Shown in pieces: positions 1 to 9,585 of a stretch of DNA of 41,694 nt (its first letter is position 1; the number at the start of each line of letters is the position of its first letter). The stretch spans positions 1-41,694 of the forward strand of contig JBBQPO010000017.1 of NCBI GenBank assembly GCA_038217285.1, in the 5' to 3' direction. This DNA is from Chthonomonadales bacterium. Lineage in GTDB: Bacteria > Armatimonadota > Chthonomonadetes > Chthonomonadales > Chthonomonadaceae. The position numbers and the translations under genes are program-made. Under the pieces are notes generated by a model. The model did no database searches and was not told the DNA's origin. It was given only the letters and a program-made list of their open reading frames with translations.

Positions 1-2
1 AC

Positions 3-641
3 GAACTCGCCGACGTTGTCGCGTCCGGCGGCGATATAGCCTATATCATTAAAGAGTATTTCGCCAACTACTTTTTGCATATGTCGGACGTCACGCTCGA
101 TTTCCGCACAAACACCACCACCGTGCACCAGCACAGCGCAGAGCCATGGAGAGTCACCCTGGTGGATACCGGCGAAAAGACCCAGACAGGCGGCCGGCTC
201 GCCCGTGTGCGCGAGCATCTGGACGACGAAACCTTCTGCATGACGTATGGCGATGGCCTCGGGAGTGTCGATATCGCCGCCCTTTTGGACTTTCATCGGG
301 AGCACAAAACGCTAGCGACCTTGACGGCCGTCATGCCGCCGGGACGCTTCGGCGTGCTGGATATGACCGATGAGAAGATCAACCGCTTCGAAGAGAAGCC
401 GCCGAGCGGCGACGGCTGGATCAACGGTGGGTTCTTCGTTCTGGAACCTCCCGTGCTCGACCTGATCGAAGGAGACGGAACCCTGTGGGAGCGGGAGCCG
501 CTGGAGGAACTGGCCCGTCGTCACGAACTTGCGGCTTATCGGCACACCGGTTTCTGGCAGCCGATGGATACCCTCCGCGACAAACTGCATCTGGAGGAGC
601 TCTGGAACTCCGGAAACGCGCCATGGAAGGTGTGGAAGTGA
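3..641 (+). CDS. rfbF: Glucose-1-phosphate cytidylyltransferase (5'-truncated)
   Basis: IKEYFANYFLHMSDV, VTLVDTG..T.TGGRL, TYGDG, WINGGFFVLEP and FWQPMDTLRDK..LEELW..G.APWKVW motifs. The first ~40 nt do not match the expected RfbF sequence. Confidence 0.93.
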   Translation, partial: ELADVVASGGDIAYIIKEYFANYFLHMSDVTLDFRTNTTTVHQHSAEPWRVTLVDTGEKTQTGGRLARVREHLDDETFCMTYGDGLGSVDIAALLDFHREHKTLATLTAVMPPGRFGVLDMTDEKINRFEEKPPSGDGWINGGFFVLEPPVLDLIEGDGTLWEREPLEELARRHELAAYRHTGFWQPMDTLRDKLHLEELWNSGNAPWKVWK

Positions 642-1714
642 ATCCGACCTTCTGGCACGGCAAACGTGTCCTGATCACCGGGCATACGGGCTTCAAGGGC
701 AGTTGGCTTGCACTCTGGCTGCAGGGCTGTGGGGCGGAGGTCGCAGGCTATGCACTGCCGCCCTCCACGCAACCCGCACTCTACGAAGCGGCCTATGTAG
801 AGGCCGGGATGCATTCGGTTTACGGCGATATCCGGGACACAACGCGCTTCACGGCCCTGATGACGGAGTTCCGACCGGAGATTACGTTTCACCTGGCAGC
901 GCAGGCCCTCGTCCGAGAGTCCTATGCCAACCCGGTCGAGACGTTCAGTGTGAACGTCATGGGAACGGTCCATTTCCTCGAAGCGGTGCGGCAGACGCCC
1001 GGTGTGCGGGTCGCCCTGGTCATCACCAGCGACAAGTGCTACGAGAATCGCGAATGGGCGTGGGGATACCGTGAAAACGAGCCGATGGGTGGGCACGACC
1101 CCTATTCGAGCAGCAAGGGCTGCGCCGAGTTCGTGACGGCCGCCTACCGCGCGTCGTTCTGTTCAGACAGGGCGGAAACGCTGGTCATCGCGTCGGCACG
1201 GGCGGGCAATGTGATCGGCGGCGGCGACTGGGCGAAAGATCGGCTTGTCCCGGACATCGTCCGCGCGCTGCAGCAGGATCGCCCCGTGCTCATCCGCAAC
1301 CCTTACGCGATCCGTCCCTGGCAGCATGTCCTCGAACCGCTGAACGGCTATCTGAACCTCGCGGAGCACTGTTGGGAGGAAGGCGCAGCCTGCGCGGAGG
1401 GATGGAACTTTGGCCCCGACGATAGGGATGCACGCCCCGTCCAGTGGATCGTGGAGCGGATGACGCAGAGATGGGGAGCAGGGGCTCGGTGGGAACTCGA
1501 CGGCAGTCTGCACCCGCACGAAGCCCACTATCTGAAACTGGATGCCTCCAAAGCGAAAAGCCGGCTGGGCTGGCAGCCGTGCCTCGATCTCTCCACTACG
1601 CTGGACTGGGTCGTCGACTGGTATCGCCGCCACGCCCAGGGCGCAGAGGCCCGTGCCTTGACTCTCGAACAGATCGAACGTTTTCAGCAAAAGATCGAGG
1701 AGGCTCCCCAATGA
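638..1714 (+). CDS. rfbG: CDP-glucose 4,6-dehydratase
   Basis: GTG start overlaps the rfbF stop. FW.GKRVLITGHTGFKGSWL, ITSDKCYEN, DPYSSSK, RPWQHVLEPL and PHEAHYLKLD motifs. Confidence 0.96.
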   Translation: MNPTFWHGKRVLITGHTGFKGSWLALWLQGCGAEVAGYALPPSTQPALYEAAYVEAGMHSVYGDIRDTTRFTALMTEFRPEITFHLAAQALVRESYANPVETFSVNVMGTVHFLEAVRQTPGVRVALVITSDKCYENREWAWGYRENEPMGGHDPYSSSKGCAEFVTAAYRASFCSDRAETLVIASARAGNVIGGGDWAKDRLVPDIVRALQQDRPVLIRNPYAIRPWQHVLEPLNGYLNLAEHCWEEGAACAEGWNFGPDDRDARPVQWIVERMTQRWGAGARWELDGSLHPHEAHYLKLDASKAKSRLGWQPCLDLSTTLDWVVDWYRRHAQGAEARALTLEQIERFQQKIEEAPQ

Positions 1715-2241
1715 AGTTTACGCCGCTCAAGATACCAGGCGCATTTCTGGTCGAGTTGGAACCGCGCCACGACGAGCGCGGCTTCTTTTCACGTAGTTTC
1801 TGCGTGCGCGAGTTCGAGGAAAACGGCCTTAATCCTGCGGTATTGCAGTGCAACGTCTCCTTCAGTATTCAGACCGGTACGCTGCGCGGCCTGCACATTC
1901 AGGGCACTCCGCATGAGGAGACGAAGCTGGTACGCTGCACCCGCGGTCGCCTCTGGGACGTGATTGTCGATATCCGAAAGGATTCTCCAACCTACTGCCA
2001 GTGGGTCGGCGTCGAACTGGATGCGGACTCCCGCAAGGCCGTCTATGTGCCACAGGGCTGTGCGCACGGCTTTCAAACACTGGAGCCCGATTCCGAAGCG
2101 TTCTATCAGGTTTCGGCATTCTACTCGAAAGAGTTCGAGCGCGGATACCGCTGGAACGATCCCGCCTTCAAAATCGACTGGCCGATCGCAGACGCCGTTC
2201 TCTCAGGCCGCGACCGTGCCCATAAGGATTTCGTACCGTGA
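1711..2241 (+). CDS. rfbC: dTDP-4-dehydrorhamnose 3,5-epimerase family (RmlC cupin), probably acting on a CDP-4-keto-6-deoxy sugar
   Basis: DERGFF, GTLRGLH.Q, KLVRCTRG..WDVIVDIR, VP.G.AHGFQTL and RWNDP motifs. ATGA overlap with rfbG. Confidence 0.9.
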   Translation: MKFTPLKIPGAFLVELEPRHDERGFFSRSFCVREFEENGLNPAVLQCNVSFSIQTGTLRGLHIQGTPHEETKLVRCTRGRLWDVIVDIRKDSPTYCQWVGVELDADSRKAVYVPQGCAHGFQTLEPDSEAFYQVSAFYSKEFERGYRWNDPAFKIDWPIADAVLSGRDRAHKDFVP

Positions 2242-2750
2242 CGCTCGCGAACACCGAAATTTCCGATACGGCTCTCATTAGTCCGCTGGCGCATCTCGTT
2301 CCTTCGGTGCGCGGCACACGGCTCGTCATTGGCGCACGGACGGAGGTGATGGAGTTCGCCGTCCTCAAGTGCATCGGCGGGACCGGCGACATCGTCATTG
2401 GGGAGAACTGTTACATCAACCCACACTGCGTCCTCTACTCTGGCAACGGAATTCGAATTGGCAACGATGTGCTGCTGGCGCCGGGCACGATCATCGCCCC
2501 CGCCAATCACGCTATGTCCCGCCGCGATGTTCCTATCCGGCTCCAGGGCTTCATGCCTTCGCGGGGCGGCGTGGTCGTGGAGGACGATGTCTGGATAGGT
2601 GCGAACAGCGTCTTGATCGACGGGGCGCATGTTGGAAAAGGCGCTGTGATAGCCGCAGGCAGCGTGGTTACCGGCACTGTCCCTGCCTACGAAATCTGGG
2701 GCGGTGTTCCGGCGCGTAAGATCAAGGATCGTCCGGAGAACGCAGAATGA
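2238..2750 (+). CDS. Hexapeptide-repeat (LbH) acyltransferase
   Basis: IGENCYI, IGNDVLL, VEDDVWIGANSVL..GA.VG.GAVIAAGSVV and GGVPARKI. Confidence 0.9.
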   Translation: MTLANTEISDTALISPLAHLVPSVRGTRLVIGARTEVMEFAVLKCIGGTGDIVIGENCYINPHCVLYSGNGIRIGNDVLLAPGTIIAPANHAMSRRDVPIRLQGFMPSRGGVVVEDDVWIGANSVLIDGAHVGKGAVIAAGSVVTGTVPAYEIWGGVPARKIKDRPENAE

Positions 2751-3778
2751 TGACTGAGATGTCGCCTCTTGACGCGTCTGTAAAACTCTATACCGAAGGG
2801 CGGACGGCGCTTGCGAACCTGCCCGAACTGGCGCAGCTTGCAGGGCAACGTGTCGCCATCGTAGGGAGTACCGGGCAGATCGGCAGCGTCCTGATCGAAA
2901 CGCTGCTCCGCGCCAACTCCACGGTTCTCACCGAGAATCCGATCCAGATCTACGGCCTGGCACGCACGGCTCCCGAGATGACCGGGCCAGGCTATACGTT
3001 TCTGGGTGGTTCGGTTGCCGATCCAGGGTTTGTAGGCCACCTACCATTTTTCGACCATGTGATCTATGTTGCCGGAACTGCCAGCGACTATCTTCGAAGA
3101 CGCCAGGAGACCATCGCTACGCAGGTTGTCGGGCTGGAGGCGTTCCTGTCCAAATACTACGGATCCTACAGTTTCGTTTTTGTCAGCAGCACACGGGTCT
3201 ACGGACGGGTTTCGGACGGATCCCCCATCGCCGAAGACGCCCAGGCTTGCATCCCCCCCATGCATACCGACAATGTCTACGACTCCGCCAAGCGACTGGG
3301 CGAAAGCCTGTGTCTCTGGCATGCCCGGTTTGGCCATTCAACGGCGGTCGTAGTCAGACTGAGCAATATCTATGGGGCGCAAGACTCCCAGCGCTCCGAA
3401 ACCGCGATCAGCGATTTCGCCCGACAGGCCGCCGGAACCGGGACCATTGCCCTGAAGGGCCATCCGGATTCGACACGCAACTGGACATGCGTACTGGATA
3501 TCGCCCAGGGGATACTGCGGGCGTTGATCCATGGCACACCGGGAGAAGCGTACAATATAGGGTCCGAGGAGCATCTCTCCTCCCGGCAACTCGCTGAAAT
3601 GGTCGCGACCACCTTTCCCAACAAGGTTTCGGTTCAACTGCCGTTGCCGTCGCCCGAACTCTCCCTCCAGACCATTTCTATCGAGAAAGCAAAGCAGGAA
3701 CTCGGTTTCCGCCCGAGCTTTGCGTTCGCCGATCTTGCACCCCTGGTCGTCGCAAAGGCGCTGAGGAACAGTCCATGA
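2747..3778 (+). CDS. NAD-dependent epimerase/dehydratase (extended SDR)
   Basis: GSTGQIG Rossmann motif, SS..VYG, YxxxK (YDSAK) and RLSNIYG. Confidence 0.88.
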   Translation: MMTEMSPLDASVKLYTEGRTALANLPELAQLAGQRVAIVGSTGQIGSVLIETLLRANSTVLTENPIQIYGLARTAPEMTGPGYTFLGGSVADPGFVGHLPFFDHVIYVAGTASDYLRRRQETIATQVVGLEAFLSKYYGSYSFVFVSSTRVYGRVSDGSPIAEDAQACIPPMHTDNVYDSAKRLGESLCLWHARFGHSTAVVVRLSNIYGAQDSQRSETAISDFARQAAGTGTIALKGHPDSTRNWTCVLDIAQGILRALIHGTPGEAYNIGSEEHLSSRQLAEMVATTFPNKVSVQLPLPSPELSLQTISIEKAKQELGFRPSFAFADLAPLVVAKALRNSP

Positions 3779-4500
3779 CCCGAAAGTCACGTAAGAATTC
3801 AGGTATACTGAAACCACAACCCAACGAAGGAAACCCACCCTTGAGTCTGAATAGATACGATATGTTCCCACACATGGAAAACTGCCTGACCACGACCTAC
3901 CGGGAGTGGTTCCTCTTTCACAACGTGATGCATCGGCACTACACGCACTACCTGGGATACAAAGTGCTGAAATCGCCGTTCGACTGGATCGTGATGCAGG
4001 ATGTCATTTTCGACACCAAACCGGAAGTCATCATCGAGATCGGCTCCTGGGAGGGCGGGATGGCGCTGTGGATGGCGCACTACCTGGAAAACATGGGATC
4101 TGATGCCCAGGTGATCTGCGTCGATAACGTCGATCGCCCCCAGAAAGCGCTCCATCCCCGCATCCACTGGGTGCACGGGGAGGCGACGGACCCGGCAACG
4201 GTGGCGAAGGTGGCTGAGATCGTGGGTGACAAACGCGGGATGGTGATCGAGGATTCCGAACACAAGTATCATATCACCAAGCAGTTGCTGGAGCTGTACT
4301 ACAAATTCGTTGCGCCCGACTGCTACTTCCTCGTCGAGGATACGTGGGTCGAATTCCTGCAGGTGCCGCCGTTCCCTGGTCCGCTCAACGCCGTCAAAGA
4401 GTTCGCGGCCGCCCACACGGAAGACTTTGTCATCGACCGGACCCGCGAGAAATACATCATTACGTATAATCCGATGGGCTACCTTTTGCGCCTCAAATAG
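3775..4500 (+). CDS. CmcI/cephalosporin-hydroxylase-like (rhamnosyl O-methyltransferase family) SAM-dependent protein
   Basis: YLG..VLKSPFD...MQDVIF..KPEVIIEIG...GG, MVIEDSEH, FLVEDT, GPL.AV.EF and NP.GYL. Alternative TTG start at 3841 behind GAAGGA. Confidence 0.85.
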   Translation: MTRKSRKNSGILKPQPNEGNPPLSLNRYDMFPHMENCLTTTYREWFLFHNVMHRHYTHYLGYKVLKSPFDWIVMQDVIFDTKPEVIIEIGSWEGGMALWMAHYLENMGSDAQVICVDNVDRPQKALHPRIHWVHGEATDPATVAKVAEIVGDKRGMVIEDSEHKYHITKQLLELYYKFVAPDCYFLVEDTWVEFLQVPPFPGPLNAVKEFAAAHTEDFVIDRTREKYIITYNPMGYLLRLK

Positions 4501-4508
4501 ACGCGCTG

Positions 4509-6092
4509 ATGACTGCAGTCAAACGTATATCCGCGCTCTCCCTGACCCGGCGAAACGTCCTCGCGACGTTCGCCGGGAAAATGTTGACGGCGCTACTGAG
4601 CCTTGCCTTCATCCCCCTGTTCAGCCGGCTGTTGGGGATGGAAGCGTACGGGCTTATCGGCTTCAGCATCACGCTGAATGCGGCCCTGAACCTGCTCGAT
4701 ATGGGGTTCAGCGCGACGATGAACCGGGAAATGGCCCAGTTGACGGTTCCTCTGATGGCAGGCGAGATTCAACCGATGGACGGCTTCAGGGTCGAAATCC
4801 CGGTGGAACGAGCGCAAGAGGCCAGAACGCTGGTGCGAACGCTGGAGCGTATCTACTGGCCGATCTGCCTGCTGATCGCCCTCGGGATCGGAGCGCTCGC
4901 TCCGATCCTGGCGCACCACTGGGTCCATGTGCAGCGACTGCATCCGGCCACCGTACAGCGCGCAATTATGCTAATGGGCCTCTCGCTTGCCTTGCAGTGG
5001 CCGTTCACGCTCTACGAAGGCGGGTTGATGGGTCTGCAGCGCCAGGTGTTGCTGAACGGCATCTCCGTCGCGGTGGCCCTGTTGAGAAACGTCGTGCCGC
5101 TGGCGATTCTGGTCTACTCGCCTTCGATCCTCACCTATTTCCTGTGGCAGTTGGTGGTGAGCGCAGTGATGACGGGTTCGGTCTGGTGGTCGCTCTGGCG
5201 CGCTCTGCCCCCCTCGCAGGAGACGCCGCGCTTCGACACGGCAGTTCTGCGGCGGGTCTGGAAATTTGCCGCCGGGATGGCCGGAATTACAACGGTAAAC
5301 CTGATCGTCACACAGGCGGACAAGGGCGTGCTCAGCCGCGTATTTCCGCTCGCGACGCTGGGCTACTATACGCTGGCGATCGGAGCGGCGGGAGCGCTCT
5401 ACTATCTCGTCTCCCCGCTCAATAACGCCCTGTTTCCGCGCTTTGTACAGTTGGTCACCCTGCAGGATAACGAAGCTCTGGCGCGTCTGTATCACGCGGG
5501 CTGTCAGGCGATGTCGGTCATCATTTTGCCGGTCGGCCTGGTGATGGCGGTCTTCTCGCGCGAAGTGATGCTGCTCTGGACGCACGACGCGACGACGACA
5601 GAACATACCTATCGGCTGTTCGCATGGCTGGTCGGAGGCTTCGTCTGCAATGGTATCATGACGCTGCCCTTCTCGCTGCAGACTGCAGACGGACGGCTCC
5701 GGCTGCTTTTAGTCGTCAGCGCCGTCTGGGCCGCGCTGATCGTGCCCCTGCTGCTCCTTCTTACCCACTATTTCGGTCCGGAAGGCGCAGCGATGGTGTG
5801 GTTCGCCATGAACTTCAGCCACCTGTTCACGATTATGCCGTTCGTGCACCGCCGTCTGTTGCGGGGTGAACTGGCACGCTGGTACCTGCAAGACATCGCC
5901 TTTCCGGCCGTGGCCGGAACGCTGGTCGTGCTCTTGTTCCGCCTTGTCCCCCTGGTCACCGGGAGCAGGATAGGCGCACTGTTATGGCTCGCCGTCGTGT
6001 GGTTCTGTGCTGCAGGCGCGGCCCTGCTCGTCTCTCCGCAGGCCCGTTCCCTGCGAAAACAACGCACGGTGGCAGAAGGAAGCGCGATTTGA
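4509..6092 (+). CDS. wzx: Wzx-type oligosaccharide flippase
   Basis: Many TM helices. RNVLA, LG.EAYGLIGF, LLDMGFSATMNRE, Q.DK.VLS...L..LGYY.LA and ALFPRF. Confidence 0.88.
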   Translation: MTAVKRISALSLTRRNVLATFAGKMLTALLSLAFIPLFSRLLGMEAYGLIGFSITLNAALNLLDMGFSATMNREMAQLTVPLMAGEIQPMDGFRVEIPVERAQEARTLVRTLERIYWPICLLIALGIGALAPILAHHWVHVQRLHPATVQRAIMLMGLSLALQWPFTLYEGGLMGLQRQVLLNGISVAVALLRNVVPLAILVYSPSILTYFLWQLVVSAVMTGSVWWSLWRALPPSQETPRFDTAVLRRVWKFAAGMAGITTVNLIVTQADKGVLSRVFPLATLGYYTLAIGAAGALYYLVSPLNNALFPRFVQLVTLQDNEALARLYHAGCQAMSVIILPVGLVMAVFSREVMLLWTHDATTTEHTYRLFAWLVGGFVCNGIMTLPFSLQTADGRLRLLLVVSAVWAALIVPLLLLLTHYFGPEGAAMVWFAMNFSHLFTIMPFVHRRLLRGELARWYLQDIAFPAVAGTLVVLLFRLVPLVTGSRIGALLWLAVVWFCAAGAALLVSPQARSLRKQRTVAEGSAI

Positions 6093-6997
6093 ACCGAGAT
6101 CTCTCTGTCGGCCGGCCGTCTGTAACGATCGGGCTGCCCGTCTGGAATGGCGAACACTATATCACCGGATGCATCGAGGCGCTGCTGGCCCAGACGTTCC
6201 AGGACTACGAGCTTATCATCTCGGACAACGGTTCGACGGATCAGACCGGGGAGATCTGTCGTGGGTACGCGGCGCACGACCCTCGCATCCGTTATATCCG
6301 GCAGCCGGAAAACCTCGGCCCCTTCCGCAACTACAATATTCTGCTGGAGGAGGCGGTGGGCGAGTTTTTCATGTGGGCTCCCTGCGATGATCGCTGGAGC
6401 GCTAACTTCGTCGAAGAGCTGCACCGGACTCTGACGGTAAACCCGGATAGCGTCGGCGCACAGGGGGACTGGCGCATCATCGGCCCCGATGACGAACCCC
6501 TCACAGAGCCGGACGTGTTCGAAGAGATGCAGCGCGAATCGCGCCTGGGCCGCATCCTGCCGCTGGCATGGCGGCACTACATGGGGCTGCTGTTCTACGG
6601 CCTGTTTCGCACGGAGGTTCTCCGACGATTTGGGATGCGCTCGCTGCCGCTGGCCAAAAACTACGCGCGCCACTGCGAATATCCGGTGCTCTACTTCCTG
6701 GGATCGGTCGGCAAAATACGCACCAACCGCAACGCCCATTTTCTCTATCGGAGGCACCCCGAACAGGACAGCAACCGCAGCTATCCCCTGCGTGTCTCAC
6801 TCGCCCTGGAACTGGGATTCATCATCGGGGTGCCTGTCGCCGTCTGGGAAGGCTGCCATTCGCCGTGGGCCGCCTTCCGCGCGTGCCTCGGAATTACCGG
6901 CAAGCGCCTTTCGTATCTGGGAGGACAACTGTTGCAGTTGCCTCATCGCCTGAAACGACTGAGTCGTTTACGCCGAACGCCGTCGTCAAGTCTGTAG
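6089..6997 (+). CDS. Glycosyltransferase family 2
   Basis: VTIGLPVWNGE, QTF.DYELIISDNGSTD, N.G...NYN and FMW...DD. TTG start overlaps the wzx stop. Confidence 0.9.
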   Translation: MNRDLSVGRPSVTIGLPVWNGEHYITGCIEALLAQTFQDYELIISDNGSTDQTGEICRGYAAHDPRIRYIRQPENLGPFRNYNILLEEAVGEFFMWAPCDDRWSANFVEELHRTLTVNPDSVGAQGDWRIIGPDDEPLTEPDVFEEMQRESRLGRILPLAWRHYMGLLFYGLFRTEVLRRFGMRSLPLAKNYARHCEYPVLYFLGSVGKIRTNRNAHFLYRRHPEQDSNRSYPLRVSLALELGFIIGVPVAVWEGCHSPWAAFRACLGITGKRLSYLGGQLLQLPHRLKRLSRLRRTPSSSL

Positions 6998-7024
6998 CGC
7001 ATCGACGCCGCTACCGGAAGAGCC

Positions 7025-8434
7025 ATGAGCCAGGAAACCGTCTCTCTACTTACCCTCCTCTTCAGCAGCCTGCCTGTCGCCTGGTACTCCCGCAAGGCGA
7101 TCCGAGAGGTTGGCTTCGGCCTGTGGATTTTTTCGCCGCTGCCTATTTTCTGGTTCGCGTTTATCATCGCCTTCGTGGTGCGGCCTATACTGGATGCGCA
7201 GATCGGCCTGCGGTACCCGAGCACCGAATACGAACCCGGTAACTTTCTCTATGCACAGACTTTGGCGACGCTCTCCTGCTACCTCTTTGTATGGGGTTAC
7301 AGCCTCGTCAAGAGCCGCAGCGTCGGCCTGCCCACGGCTGCGCCTGCCACCTATGTTCCCTCCGAATCGGCTATTCCTGCGCAGCGCGCCGCGTTTCTGC
7401 TCTCCGCGCTCTTCCAGAGCGTCCTTGCGGCAATGCTCTTCGAAAACAACGCCCTCACGTTCAGTCTCGCGCAGAACCGCGCCAGCTACAATAACATCCA
7501 GGTCGGGGGCGGGCAGATAACCCTGATTGTCGGTTTGGCCTCGATATTTCTCTTCATGGGCCTGATGATGACCCGCTGGACCGACCGGTGGGGACGGCTC
7601 GGCACGGCGACCGCCCTCGGCTATCTGGTGATCAACGTCCTGGTAACCAACCGCGCGTTCGTGGTGACCGAGATGATGATCTGCCTCTTGATCTATTTCG
7701 TCGTACAAAACCGTAAACGCCGCCGCGTCGCGCCCATCAAACTGCTGTTCGCCCTACTGACCATCGCCGGTATTGGTGTCGGACTGAGCCTGGCTCGATT
7801 TATCGGAGAACCTGAGCAGACGGATCAGAGCAGGCCCGCCCTAAGTCCCTATATCGCACCCATCGCCTACCTTGCGGTGACCTTCGACATGTCCGAAATG
7901 TTCCAGGAGACGATCAAGAAAACGAATCACTACGAGTTGGGTTCGTCCTGGGTCGAAGACCTCTTCTACACCTATCTGCCGCGCGCCATTTTTCCGGATA
8001 AGCCGATTAAATACGGTGTATTTCGCGTTCAGGACGAGGTTGTTCCGGAACTGACCCCCGAAAGCGGTACCTTCACCAGCTCCTATCCCATCGGCGCCTG
8101 GGGCGAATCCTATATCAATTTTGGGCCTCTGGGGGTACTGTTGACAATCTTCGCAATGGGAGCGTGGCTCAAATACCTCTATGCGCGCAGCCTCGAACTC
8201 CTCTACGACAGCGAGATCAACTGGCCGAGCATCCTGTTCATGATCGTCTATGCCACACTCGGTCTGAATCCGGTGGTCTATATGCGCTCCATCGGGCAGT
8301 TCATGTTTGGGATACTCTATATGAACCTCGTGCTCTGGGGCAGCCTGCGGACGGTCCTCGCGCTCGCGAAGTTGATGGATGCCCTCGTCCCCGTGCGGCG
8401 CTCAACAAAGAACGGGATTGTACCCGCCCCATGA
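7025..8434 (+). CDS. wzy: Putative Wzy O-antigen/polysaccharide polymerase
   Basis: About 10 TM segments and a periplasmic loop with LPRAIFPDKP and GESYINFG.LGV, typical of Wzy/WzyE-like proteins. Locus context agrees. Confidence 0.75.
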   Translation: MSQETVSLLTLLFSSLPVAWYSRKAIREVGFGLWIFSPLPIFWFAFIIAFVVRPILDAQIGLRYPSTEYEPGNFLYAQTLATLSCYLFVWGYSLVKSRSVGLPTAAPATYVPSESAIPAQRAAFLLSALFQSVLAAMLFENNALTFSLAQNRASYNNIQVGGGQITLIVGLASIFLFMGLMMTRWTDRWGRLGTATALGYLVINVLVTNRAFVVTEMMICLLIYFVVQNRKRRRVAPIKLLFALLTIAGIGVGLSLARFIGEPEQTDQSRPALSPYIAPIAYLAVTFDMSEMFQETIKKTNHYELGSSWVEDLFYTYLPRAIFPDKPIKYGVFRVQDEVVPELTPESGTFTSSYPIGAWGESYINFGPLGVLLTIFAMGAWLKYLYARSLELLYDSEINWPSILFMIVYATLGLNPVVYMRSIGQFMFGILYMNLVLWGSLRTVLALAKLMDALVPVRRSTKNGIVPAP

Positions 8435-9585
8435 GGGAGGAACCGGTCCCGCATGCGCCGTCCCTCGACCACGCTCCTCTCGCGCCAGGCGCCCTCCCCC
8501 CATCGGGCGCGCACCTCGATTTCCTGGACGGCATCCGGGGCGCGGCGGCGCTCTACGTGGTCCTGCATCATATCGCGAAACACCTGCCGCTGGAGAGTGC
8601 CGCCCGTCCCGTCCGGCTCCTGGCGCTGCTGTTGAACTTCGGTCACTACGCCGTCAGCGTGTTCATCGTGCTGTCAGGGTTCTGCCTGATGCTGCCGATC
8701 GTTCGTGGGGACGGCACGCTGCGCGGGGGGGTCGGGGCCTTCTTTCAGCGGCGGGCGAAGCGCATCCTGCCGCCCTACTATCTGGCGCTGGCGCTGGCGC
8801 TGGTTCTGATCGCGACGCTGATCGGAACAAAGACCGGCACCTGGTGGGACGGATCGGTGCCCGTGACAGGGACCGCCGTTTTCACGCACCTGCTCCTGTT
8901 ACAGGACTATTGTGACAGCACGAAGATCAACCACGTCTTCTGGTCGGTCGCCACCGAGTGGCATATCTACTTCCTGTTTCCGATTCTTCTGGTGCTGTTT
9001 CGCCGTTGGGGAAGTGGCGTAGCCACCCTCGTTGGAGTCGGAGCGGCCTATCTGTGCAGTGTTTTGACGGTGCGACAAAACCTGCACATCGAGATGCTGG
9101 GGCAGTTCATTCTGGGGATGTTCGGCGCCACGTTGGCGTACAGCAAGGAGCCGCGTTGGATCGCGATGCGAGACCACATCTCCTGGAGCGGCCTGGCCGT
9201 CCTGGCGCTGGTTCTGACCCTCGTCCTGGGCGCAGCGGGGCATAAGCACTACGGCATCACGATCTACCTGGAGCCCCTGGTGGGCATCAGCACCGTCGCC
9301 GCAATACTGCACGCGCTCCGCCCCGGCGTCAATCTCTTGCGCAGCGTCCTGGCCTGGAAGCCCGCTATCGTGCTGGGCGGGTTCTCGTACAGCCTCTATC
9401 TGATCCATGCCCCGCTGATTCAACTGATCTGGCAGGTTGGAGTCGCGCCGCTGCACCGGGGAGCGGCCGCGTCGTTTCTCCTGTTACTGGCATTCGCCAC
9501 TCCGCTCATCGTGGCCGCCGCCTGGCTGTTCTCCCTGGTCGGAGAACGCCCCTTTATGAAGCGTTCGACCCAAAAATCGGCTTAG
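8431..9585 (+). CDS. Acyltransferase family 3 (OafA/YrhL) O-acetyltransferase
   Basis: LDGIRG.AALYVVLHH, AVSVFIVLSGF, RRAKRILP.Y, WSVATEW..Y, SYSLYLIH and ERPF. Confidence 0.92.
   Translation: MREEPVPHAPSLDHAPLAPGALPPSGAHLDFLDGIRGAAALYVVLHHIAKHLPLESAARPVRLLALLLNFGHYAVSVFIVLSGFCLMLPIVRGDGTLRGGVGAFFQRRAKRILPPYYLALALALVLIATLIGTKTGTWWDGSVPVTGTAVFTHLLLLQDYCDSTKINHVFWSVATEWHIYFLFPILLVLFRRWGSGVATLVGVGAAYLCSVLTVRQNLHIEMLGQFILGMFGATLAYSKEPRWIAMRDHISWSGLAVLALVLTLVLGAAGHKHYGITIYLEPLVGISTVAAILHALRPGVNLLRSVLAWKPAIVLGGFSYSLYLIHAPLIQLIWQVGVAPLHRGAAASFLLLLAFATPLIVAAAWLFSLVGERPFMKRSTQKSA

Noticed and set aside
8782..8803. CTGGCG tandem repeat in the OafA gene
   Set aside because: Short, in frame and encodes LALALAL in a TM helix. 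Not a convincing phase-variation tract.
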